A DNA stretch of 64,000 bases from Octopus sinensis (lineage: Eukaryota): positions 11,532,001-11,596,000 of the forward strand of contig NC_043014.1 in NCBI RefSeq assembly GCF_006345805.1, in the 5' to 3' direction. The translations under genes were made by a program, and so were the position numbers. Position 1 is the first letter of the stretch, and each line of letters begins with the position of its first letter. Positions 48,954 through 58,798 of the stretch are shown piece by piece. The notes beneath the pieces were generated by a model. The model was not told the DNA's origin and made no database searches. It worked only from the letters and a program-made list of their open reading frames with translations.

Positions 48954-49107
48954 AATAAGAAAATGGAGGAATAGATTCCTTTCAATCATCAACTTCCAGA
49001 TAATACCAATTCATATAATTTATTAACTAATTAAATAGTTAATAAATTATATGAATTGGTATATCTGTAAGTTGATGATTGAAGGAATATGTTCCCCATT
49101 TCTTATT
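48954..49107. repeat. Near-perfect AT-rich hairpin (~74-bp arms)
   Basis: TTCAATCATCAACTT..ACCAATTCATATAATTTATTAACTA-ATTAAA-TAGTTAATAAATTATATGAATTGGT..AAGTTGATGATTGAA. Confidence 0.9.
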
Positions 49108-49109
49108 GG

Positions 49110-49502
49110 TATATACATATAGATATATATATATATATATATGATATATATATGATATAGATATATGAGTATATATATATATATATATAGTATATATATT
49201 ATATATATGTATATAGAATATATATATATATATATATAGATATATATATGTAATATATATCGAGATATATATATGTATATCCTATATATATATTATATAA
49301 TATGTATTATATTATATATATATATATGTATATAATATATATTAGTATATAGATATTGATATATATATATATATATAATATGTATATAATATATATATAA
49401 ATATTGTATTATATATATTATATATATATATATATTATAGATATATATATATATTGTATATATAGATTATATATATAGATATATATATATATATATAGGT
49501 AT

Positions 49503-49534
<32 letters not shown>

Positions 49535-49666
49535 TGGATATATATATATATTATATATAATATATGTATATATATATATATATGTATTATATATATATTA
49601 TGTAATATATATATATAAGATATATATATATATAGTATAATATATATATATATATGTATATATATG

Positions 49667-49719
<53 letters not shown>

Positions 49720-49761
49720 GTATTATATTATATATATATAAATATATATATTATAGATATA

Positions 49762-49814
<53 letters not shown>

Positions 49815-49928
49815 TAAATATTAATATATAGGTATATATATATGTATATATATATATAGGTATATATATATATATCTATATATATATGTATATATATATA
49901 TGTATATATATATATGTATATAATAATG

Positions 49929-49960
<32 letters not shown>

Positions 49961-50036
49961 AATATGTATATATATTATATATATATATATGTATATATAT
50001 ATATAATATGTATATATATAATATATATAGTATTAT

Positions 50037-50109
<73 letters not shown>

Positions 50110-50130
50110 GATGATGATGATATATATATA
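49110..50130. repeat. ~1-kb degenerate (TA)n tract
   Basis: Direct inspection. Confidence 0.97.
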
Positions 50131-50133
50131 GCA

Positions 50134-50206
50134 GCCTGGCTAGCTCAGTCGGTAGAGCATGAGACTCTTAATCTCAGGGTCGTAGGTTCGAGCCCCACGT
50201 TGGGCA
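50134..50206 (+). tRNA. tRNA-Lys(CUU), intronic, variant acceptor and T stems
   Basis: 73 nt GCCTGGCTAGCTCAGTCGGTAGAGCATGAGACTCTTAATCTCAGGGTCGTAGGTTCGAGCCCCACGTTGGGCA. Anticodon CTT at 50167-69. D and anticodon stems pair fully; A- and B-boxes intact. Confidence 0.93.
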
Positions 50207-50214
50207 CATGTTAA

Positions 50215-50218
50215 TTTT
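50215..50218 (+). terminator. Pol III T4 terminator of the tRNA
   Basis: TTTT 8 nt after the discriminator base. Confidence 0.55.
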
Positions 50219-50527
50219 AAATGGCGGTGCCCCAGCATGGCCACAGCTCGTGAGCTGAAACTAGATGAAATAAAAAAAAATATGTATATATATGCCTCAT
50301 CTTGATATTCTATGATAGTTGTAAATGTGTCGCTGTCACTCACACAAGTGGTATCATTCGTTGGCAATGTTGCATGAATATACGCCTAGCCATAAGAAGA
50401 TATTACATTGCTTTCAAAACTGGGCTTCTGGCCATAAAAAAAATCTTCAATAAATCCATGTGACCCATGCATGCATGGAAAAGAGAATGTTGTATGGTGA
50501 ACATAATTTTGGTATATATAAGCCTCG

Positions 50528-51757
50528 TCTGGCACCTGTGTCGGTGGCACATAAAATCACCCACTACACTCTCGGAGTGGTTGGCGTTAGGAAGGGCATC
50601 CAGCTGTAGAAACACTGCCAGATCTGACTGGCCTGGTACAGCCTTCGGGCTTCCCAGACCCCAGTTGAACCGTCCAACCCATGCTAGCATGGAAAGCGGA
50701 CGTTAAACAATGATATATATATATATATTCCTTTCCTTTCCTTCATAGGACACTAAACTTTGCTTGCAAAGACCTGTTGAGGCAAGTAAAATCGAAATCG
50801 AATCAAATTTGATGACTGGCACCTGTGCCAGTGGAGCGCTGAGAGCACCATCCAAGCATGATCATTGCCAGTGCAGCTGACTGGCTTCCATGTCGGTGGC
50901 ATGTAAAAGAACATTCGAGTGAGGTCATTGCCAGTGCTGCTGGACTGGCTCCTGTGCAGGTGGCACGTAAAAAACACCATTTGAGTGTGGCCATTGCCAG
51001 TACCGTCTGACTGGCCCTCGTGCCAGTGGCATGTAAAAGCACCCACTACACTCTTGGAGTGGTTGGCGTTAGGAAGGGCATCCAGCTGTAAAAACTCTGC
51101 CAGATCAGATTGGAGCCTGGTGCAGCTATCTGGTTCACCAGTCCTCAGTCAAATTGTCCAACCCATGCTAGCATGGAAAACGGACGTTAAATGATGATGA
51201 TAATATATATATATATATATATTGCCATGATTGATTGCTAAATCCACAAAATTTTTTATTCTCTTTCTGTTTATTTTCTCATATTCCTTTCTGTTGAAGA
51301 GCGTAGGCTCGAAACATAAAAGACTTTCTCACTTTCTCAAGCATCAGACTAATACACCTGCTTGTTCATACACCTGTCTTTGTCGTTTTGTAAATTTCAA
51401 CTATATGTATGTATGTATGTTTTGTTGAGCTTCATGGAGTTAAGTGGCTGAGTTCCTTTCGAGCATTAGGCCTCATGGAGGCTAAGTTCCTTTCAGGTGT
51501 TGGGCCCCATGGAAGCAATGACAGAGGCCTTTGGCATTATGTCGTACTTGAGAAGAAAACCCCAAACCGAAATCACCTATGTTGGTGGCACGTAAATGCA
51601 CCCCAGTGCCATGCAAATGGCACCCGTGCATCCAACCACAGAAAACCATGCCAATTCAGACTGGGTCTGGTGCAGCCTTCCAGCATGCTGGCCCAGTCAA
51701 ACCGTCTGACCCGTGCCAGCATGGACAATGGATGTTAAGTAATGATGATGATGATGA
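50528..51757 (+). mobile_element. Cluster of three related non-autonomous retroelements with RTE-like tail and internal ~62-bp subrepeats
   Basis: GGTTGGCGTTAGGAAGGGCATCCAGCTGTA...CCATGCTAGCATGGAAA.CGGACGTTAAA plus (TGA)n, at ~50570-50715 and ~51050-51202; a decayed copy ends ~51757. Subrepeats TTGCCAGT..GACTGGC..GTGGCA.GTAAAA at 50865-51040. Confidence 0.7.
51287..51322 (+). ncRNA. Minimal hammerhead-like motif (A6U core variant)
   Basis: CTTT CTGTTGA A GAGC GTAG GCTC GAAA CA T A AAAG: stems I and II pair, stem III is reduced to 1 bp, core non-canonical. Confidence 0.35.
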
Positions 51758-51827
51758 TATATACATGTATATAAAATAGAACTGGATGACTAATTGATGT
51801 GAGACTATTCAGCATCTAGTTAATGCA

Positions 51828-52562
51828 TAACCCTTTTGTTACCATATTTCTGTTGAGATGCTTTGTATTTCTTTCAATTAATTTTAAATATAACAAAGAA
51901 TTTAGTAAAATAATTTAGTTATCATTAAGCTAGTGTAAGGAACATAAACTGTGACAAAGGTTTGGTGGAAGATTTTAATTCAGAACTTTTGAAAGCAGGA
52001 CATTTGTACTACTGAGCCAGAAGTGGTTTTAGCCAGGTTGGTATCGAAAGGGTTAAGAATTGTTTCTCTATTATATATTTTAACCCTTTTGTTGCCATAT
52101 TTCTGTTGAGATGCTCTGTGTTTCTTTCAATTAATTTTAGATATAACAAAGAATTGAATAAAATAACTTAGTTATCATTAAGCTAGTGTAAGGAACATAA
52201 ACTGTGACAAAGGTTTGGTGGAAGATTTTAATTCAGAACTTTTGAAAGCAGGACATTTGTACTACTGAGCCAGAGGTGGTTTTAGCCAGGTTGGTATCGA
52301 AAGGGTTAAGAATTGTTTCTCTATTATATATTTTAACCCTTTTGTTGCCATATTTCTGTTGAGATGCTCTGTGTTTCTTTCAATTAATTTTAGATATAAC
52401 AAAGAATTGAATAAAATAACTTAGATATCATTAAGCTAGTGTAGGGAACATAAATTGTGACTATGGTTTCGTGAAAGATTTTAATTCAGAACTTTTGAAA
52501 GCAGGACATTTGTACTACTGAGCCAGAGGTGGTTTCAGGCGGGTTGCTATCAAAAGGGTTAA
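51828..52562 (+). mobile_element. piggyBac-like MITE tandem trimer, 253-bp period
   Basis: TAACCCT at 51828, 52081 and 52334; each unit ends AGGGTTAA; 24-bp spacer GAATTGTTTCTCTATTATATATTT. Confidence 0.9.
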
Positions 52563-52808
52563 ATGTGTTGACCGCTATACTCTAGTCTAGGATGCCCTTC
52601 TGCATGAAGAACATCTATTTTAGTGGAGGAGAGATATTCAATCAATTGAAAATTACTTGCACAATGAAAAGATAATTCAAAGAAGATGAAATTTGTGTTA
52701 ATTAAAAGTTAAATCATGGCATGCTTTGAAAAAAATGAGTGTAATCTTTGGTAAGTATGGAAACAATTCTGGACATATTTTGATCTTAGACTGCTTGACC
52801 TGATTAGG

Positions 52809-52970
52809 CGCAGGTGTGGCTGTGTGGTAAGAAGTTTGCTTCCCAACCACATGGTTCCATGTTCAGTCCCACTGCATGGCACCTTGGGCAAGTGTCTTCT
52901 ACTCTAGCCTTAACCCAAACAAAGCCTTGTGAGTGGATTTGGTAGATGGAAACTGAAAGAAGCCACTCAT
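52809..52970 (+). mobile_element. SINE family B 5' half
   Basis: GGCGCAGGTGTGGCTGTGTGG...GAAAGAAGCC. Confidence 0.8.
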
Positions 52971-53539
52971 ATATGCAAAATGAAGTTTTTGTGACTTTAC
53001 AATAGTCACCAAAATAACATAAAGGTCAGAATATATAAAGGTGATTTCATCACCCGAAACCCTACTCCTTTATTATTTCTACTATTCCAAGACTAATGTG
53101 TGTGAGTTACTGTAAAAGTTAGACCTCTGATCAAATTCTCTGACTAAAAGAATTTAAGTCTTTTAGAATTGTCTAGACTGTTTTGAACACCATCTGTTTT
53201 CAGAACTCATATTTCTACGTTCACTTTCTAACAAAGTCAAGAGGTCCTCAAATATTGTAATTAAAAATAAAAAGGTTTATCAGCAGAATTGGAAACATTC
53301 CAGGAATTCAACTAAATGAATTATTTGTGAAGTTATCTTTGTTTGTAGTAAATCTTAAAAAAACAAAAAGAAACTTAAGGATTATTTCATGACTATTTTG
53401 GCAAGTTTGATAACTAGATGAGATCAGAATAAGTCAGAAACATGTCCCTTTAGCTTCTAAACCAGCCATATCCAGCCCTGATATTCTCCCTATTTTCTAT
53501 CCAAACCAGCCAGTTCTGGCCTCTTACACTTACCTGTAA

Positions 53540-53760
53540 TCTATTATATAAAATCCGTTCTGTCTGTCTGTCTGTCTGTGTGTGTGTCTTCTAGGATCTC
53601 GGGCATCCTCCATCCAATTGCGCTCAGATTTGATATGTAGAGAGCGATGGTATCAGGGCGTGTATAAGTCTTGAGAAAATTACAAAAATCGATTTCAGGT
53701 GAGAATGCGATCGATAAACCCGTGGAAACGTGCATTTGTAAAATCGTTTTTCATGGAATA
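53540..53760 (+). mobile_element. Helitron-like 5' end, family 2
   Basis: A|TCTATTATATAAAA followed by (GTCT)n, typical of non-autonomous Helitron 5' ends. 3' end not identified. Confidence 0.5.
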
Positions 53761-54374
53761 GAAAAAAAATTCTATCTTTATTTCTTCTTTTGCTGGTATC
53801 TCAACAAATTTAGGTTAAATCAGTGTTTCTCAAAGGGGAGGCCTATGGGATGGTCGGACAAGTTGTTTTGAGAAAATTTGGTTTAAATGTTTGACAACTC
53901 AGCACCGTCCATTGGACGGGGGTCATTTTGCTCGTATCATTCTGAAAAGAAACATTCTACACCGTTGACACCTCAAAGCTATGAGATAATACATGATTAA
54001 TTCAAAATAAAGTGAAGAATTAAGCATTACATTTGGCAGGATAATCTAAATATTAGCGTTGTCTTCAGTACCAGTGAAAAACCATGAACATCATTATCAT
54101 ATAACACTCCCTTTTCCATGCTTGCATGGATCAGATGGAATTTATAGAACCAGATTTCCTATGGCTGGGTGCCTTTCCTGTCAACAACCTTTACTTGTTT
54201 TCTAGCAAGGTAATATTTTCTCTTAGTTAGATTTTTCACAGGGGAGTGAAAATGAATGCTTGTCTAACAAGGATGATTATTCACATCAACCATATGATAT
54301 CCGGACAATGGTACACACAGATACACTAAAAAACAGGCAGAGTATATGATCAGTGGTTGTGTAACATGAGCCAT

Positions 54375-54725
54375 GAATGCAGAGAATATGTGAAAATTTA
54401 AAAAGCAAGAAGCTAGTATGTTCTGCTGCATGTGCAATGTCAACAAACTGCAAATGTATTGTGAGAAAACTGGACATAAACATATCAGACGCAGCGTGCA
54501 AGAGAGAAGACTGCACTGTTATGGTTACGTGATGCATATTAATAGGGACAGCTGCGTAAAGAAGTGCTGATTGCTAAATGTGGATAGGGCCTGTGGAAGA
54601 AGGAGACCCAAGAAGATATATGATGATGTAGGGAAAACCAACCTCAGGATGTGGAGCCTGAAAGCAGAGATGAAAAATAACCGAGATGATTGGTGATTTG
54701 CTTTGCTTGGGAAAACCTGTCCACC
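54375..54725 (+). mobile_element. RTE-clade LINE 3' remnant
   Basis: EASMFCCMCNV...IRRSVQERRLHCYGYVMHINRDSCVKKC*LLNVDRACGRRRPKKIYDDV...RDDW, with stops. Confidence 0.75.
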
Positions 54726-55516
54726 AACCAATAAACATGAGGTCCTAAAAACATATTGTTTTCTTGATGCCCCAACATTTAAGGTGTCCCCACAATCCAT
54801 TTTCCAACATCTATCACTTTGTCACTCTTTTAACATCAGTGCTATCTCAGCTGTTGTAAATATAATTAGATGAGAAGAGAATAGAGATACACAAATATCA
54901 TCTGGTACACTTTTTTGCTACCAGTTTCCTTTTTCTTTAGATTCAACTACCCACATCACCCGCCCTCCATCCCCCACTTCCCCAGTTCTTAAAACCATCC
55001 CAAACCAGAACTGAACACTTGCCTCATATTAGCCATTATCGTCATTTAAAGTCCGCTGTTCCATGCTTCCGTGGAACGGATGGAATTTGTTGAGGTAGAT
55101 TTTGTAGGGCTGGATACCCTGTCTATTTCCAATTCTCACCTGTTTTCAAGCAAGGTAAATGATTATAATGCCATTCTTCCATTTAAATTATTTTCCTTAG
55201 TTCACTTGTTTTGTAATTATGTAAACTATGGCCAGAAAATATTTATAACTTTATCCACTTGTAAACATTTCCATCAACTTATCAAAGCATATTTGAGTAA
55301 ATAAACTATGCTCAGTTGATGAGCTCTAACAATATTGAAACATATCCACAGCTGTGTCCCCTTGCCTGCTCATTAAGATCAGTTTTTTTCCCCTAAGCAT
55401 GGAAATTCAATTTTTGTGAAATTAATTTTTAATATTTTGAAATGATCTCTCCTTTTCTTTGAGAAGAATTGTCACCATTATTTTGTCTCCTTTCTTCGAT
55501 TATAGGCAAAGGTACG

Positions 55517-55900
55517 ACTGTGTGGTAAGGTTTTCTTCCCAACCACATTGTTCCAAGTTCAGTCCCATTGTGTGGTACCTTAGACAAGTGTCTTCTACTA
55601 GAGCCCTAAACTGACCAAAGCCTTGTGAGTGAATTTGGTAGACAGAAACTGAAAGAAGCTCATTGTACACACACACACATGTATGTATACATGTGTGGTG
55701 TATATGCTCTTTGTCCTTGTCTCTCACTCCTGCTTGACATCTAGTGTTGGTTTGTTTATATCCCCATAAGTTAGCAGTTTGGCAAAAAGAAATCAATAAA
55801 ATAAATACCAGACTTGAATAAAAAGAAATATATTGGGGTCCATTTGTTCAATTAAACCCTTCAAGGTAAATGCCCCAACATACGCATAACCTAATAACTG
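55517..55900 (+). mobile_element. SINE family B, degenerate
   Basis: TGTGTGGTAAG..CCAACCACA..GTTCAGTCCC..GACAAGTGTCTTCTACTA..GAAACTGAAAGAAGC. Confidence 0.7.
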
Positions 55901-56398
55901 AAAAATGTTCAAGGTAAATGATAAGTGTTAAATTTCACCTGAAGAAGAATTCTTTGCATACATCATATTGTATATCACCACCTACCTACCTAAATTATTT
56001 ACGATATGGATCACTGAACATTTATTGCATAGAGAAAATGAGGTGAGAGTCTAAGCTGATCACAAGGTACAGTTCCCCTGGGTAAGCAATATTCCAGAGA
56101 TGTATTTATATATATATATATATATATATAGGTTAGTAGAGTTAGAGGTTGGTATAAGCATCTAAGGGATGAAGATATCTGTTTTACTACTGGTATAATT
56201 ACCTATCTTAACCCTGGGCATATATATGCAAGCACATTATGCTCATAAGTTACAGACAATGACAATGATAAACTTGAGTTTACCAGGAATCAAATTTATT
56301 CATATATATATAAGGATAAGATCATTAATATAAATATCGATCTTATCAAGTGACCAGCACAGGAATAAAAACCTTCAAGGGTAATAAATATTATTAAA

Positions 56399-56659
56399 AT
56401 TATAATTTCGGGTATCTAAGAGATACCACCACGCTGGAAATAGCAGTCAAAAGTTGACTCTAAAACCACATTAAATGTTCATACAGCACCAAGAGAGTAT
56501 CCAAAATCCGGGATCTGGAATTATCCAGTAACTTTTTGCTAGTTATTTTGTCCTTTTGTCTACTCTTCTGGTGCTGTATGAACATTTAAAGTGGTTTTAG
56601 AGTCAAGTTTTGGCTGCTATTTCCAGCATGGTGGCATCTCTTAGATACCCTAAATTATA

Positions 56660-56661
<2 letters not shown>
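56399..56661. repeat. Inverted repeat, ~100-bp arms, 61-bp spacer
   Basis: 56399-56499 is the reverse complement of 56561-56661. Confidence 0.9.
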
Positions 56662-56697
<36 letters not shown>

Positions 56698-56921
56698 TAT
56701 GTATAAAAAATATATATAAAAATACAAAATGGGACAAGAATGCAAAACATTCGAATAGACGATACAAAAAATGGACGTGTATAAAAAACGATATATATAT
56801 ATACAACAAGAAATATTTGTCTTTTTACAGAAACAAAAGGGTTTATAGGACTGTAAAAGAAGTGCTCAAATGTAAATGAGACAAAGATAAAGAAACATTG
56901 GTTATAGAACAAACTTTAAAC

Positions 56922-57471
56922 TTGAGTCAACGGCTTTATATATAACACCATACCTGAAACATAATCATATATAAATATCACCATGGTTCTTAAACTCATA
57001 AAAATTTTGCTCTGTGCATGTTTCCTGTTTCATGTTCATCCTGATGAGGTGGTCAACGCCATGATGTACTTTAGTGTAATCAAACTGCAGTGGTGAGCTC
57101 CCGAAATGGCCATTGATGTATGTGAATTTGACCTGTGGAAGTCTGTTTATTTATGAACTTTGGACATACTTTTGTGAGGGGAGCAAAAAGACTTTTTTCA
57201 GATATTTAAAAAAAAATATTTTTCACCGTTTGCTAAAACATTTTTAGTCATTGGAGATTTATTTTATCATTGTCTATTAGTCTTTTGGTAGTTTACGAAT
57301 TTATATTTACCTTTTTGATAGGCCGTTCTATTTGTATTTTATTTGAATATATATTTTTACCTTCTGTGTTTTTATGTATATGTATTTTTTTATGAGTTTA
57401 AGAACCATGGTGATATTTATATGTGATTAAATGTTTGAGGTATGGTGTTATATATAAAGTCGTTAACTCAA
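56922..57471. repeat. Inverted repeat, ~83-bp arms, enclosing a hammerhead motif
   Basis: 56922-57004 is the reverse complement of 57387-57471. Confidence 0.85.
57037..57118 (+). ncRNA. Type I hammerhead motif, canonical core, palindromic stem III
   Basis: Stem I CATC/GATG. Core CTGATGA 57041-47. Weak stem II starting GG/CC with a long loop. GAAA 57103-06. Stem III ATGGCCAT is a palindrome. AUU triplet 57112-14. Confidence 0.55.
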
Positions 57472-57497
57472 ATTTAATGTTTCTTCTATTACCAATA

Positions 57498-57530
<33 letters not shown>

Positions 57531-57533
<3 letters not shown>

Positions 57534-57914
57534 CATTATCAAAGAAGCTTGAGAAGCAGTTGGATGGAACTTACACTCGCCTCCTTATGAGAACTGAAAA
57601 TCTCTCATGGAAGCGTCATCCAACCAAAGTACAAATATATGGGAAACTACCACCTGTATCATCTCTTGTGAATGGTAGAAGAGTCCAGTTAGCTGGACAT
57701 TGTTGTAGAGCTGAAAACGAGGTAATTTGTACTCTTCTCCTCTGGAAGCCATCTGCTCGCGATACCAGAGGGCACACACACTCTCCTGATGTAATCTCCA
57801 GGGATACAGGCATCCAGCAGCAGGACCTCCGTAATGCTATGATGGACCTTGAAGTCTAGCATAACATAGTAAATTCCATTGTCTCAACCATGGTCGAACA
57901 ATGATGATGATGAT
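57531..57914 (+). mobile_element. RTEX-like LINE 3' end with (TGA)n tail
   Basis: TLSKKLEKQLDGTYTRLLMRTENLSWKRHPTKVQIYGKLPPVSS...RRVQLAGHCCRAENEVICTLLLWKP resembles the RTEX C-terminus. Confidence 0.75.
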
Positions 57915-57916
57915 GA

Positions 57917-57982
<66 letters not shown>

Positions 57983-58267
57983 GTTATATGGTAGTATTAA
58001 ATATCTCAGGTCAGTAACTCATGTGATTGTCTTTCATTTTAGTTGGAGTTGCTCATCTTGTTCATACTATAATTGCTGTTGGACATTAAGAAGTCTGTGG
58101 GTCGGTAATGGTGGCACCTGTGTTGGTTTCGATGATAGTGGTAAACTGAATAAATATAACAAAATTTCCACACTTTTCTATAATTTATTTGCATTTGTTT
58201 TTGTTTTAAGTTTTCGTTATATTTATTTTTACATTATTTTCATTATTTACATTATTTATATTTGATG

Positions 58268-58447
58268 GATATTTGTCCTCATCTTGTTTGTTGTTAATAC
58301 AATGTTTCAGCTGATATACCCTCCAGCCTTCTTCAGGTGTCTAGGGGAAATTTCGAACCTGGGTTCTCATTCCAAGACACCTGAAGAAGGCTGGAGGATA
58401 TATCAGCCGAAACGTATTAACAACAAACAAGATGAGGACAAATATCC
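58268..58447. repeat. Penelope-like inverted repeat (~75-bp arms) with a minimal hammerhead motif in each arm
   Basis: + arm: ACAC CTGAAGA A GGCTG..CAGCC GAAA CG T A (58377-58416), stem I 3' side broken. - arm (58295-58340): ACAC CTGAAGA A GGCTG..CAGCT GAAA CA T T GTAT. Confidence 0.8.
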
Positions 58448-58559
58448 ATCGAATGTATATAATGAAAATAATGTACATAATTCCTCATCTCTTAAATATA
58501 GAACTGTATATTTATTTTTGTTTTAAATTTCTAATCATATCCCTGTTTTGTTTTCACAG

Positions 58560-58798
58560 TGCATTAATGGCCACTTAATGTGTGCTGGTTGTTTTAACCA
58601 TCTTCTTGCTGATGGAAGGTTGAAAGATGAAACTGCAACATGTCCAAACTGTCGCTGTGAGATTACAAAAGCAACCTGTTCTCGTAATTTGGCTGTAGAG
58701 AAAGCAGCATCTGAGTTGCCAACTGATTGTCAGTACTGTCAGCAGCAACTTCCACGACATCTGATATTACAGCATGAAGGTCATCTATGTCAGGAGAG
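58560..58798 (+). CDS. CYHR1: CYHR1/ZFTRAF1 coding exon 2 (rest of RING, start of TRAF-type zinc finger)
   Basis: Acceptor TTTTGTTTTCACAG|[83 protein letters not shown] matches the recalled human [51 protein letters not shown]. Phase-2 donor AG|GTAAGG. Confidence 0.95.

Noticed and set aside
44708-50214. YI/HT-rich ORFs in intron 1
   Set aside because: Dinucleotide microsatellite translations.
55300-55350. Additional hammerhead (TTGATGAGCTC...GAAAC)
   Set aside because: Core altered and stems I and II cannot be paired.
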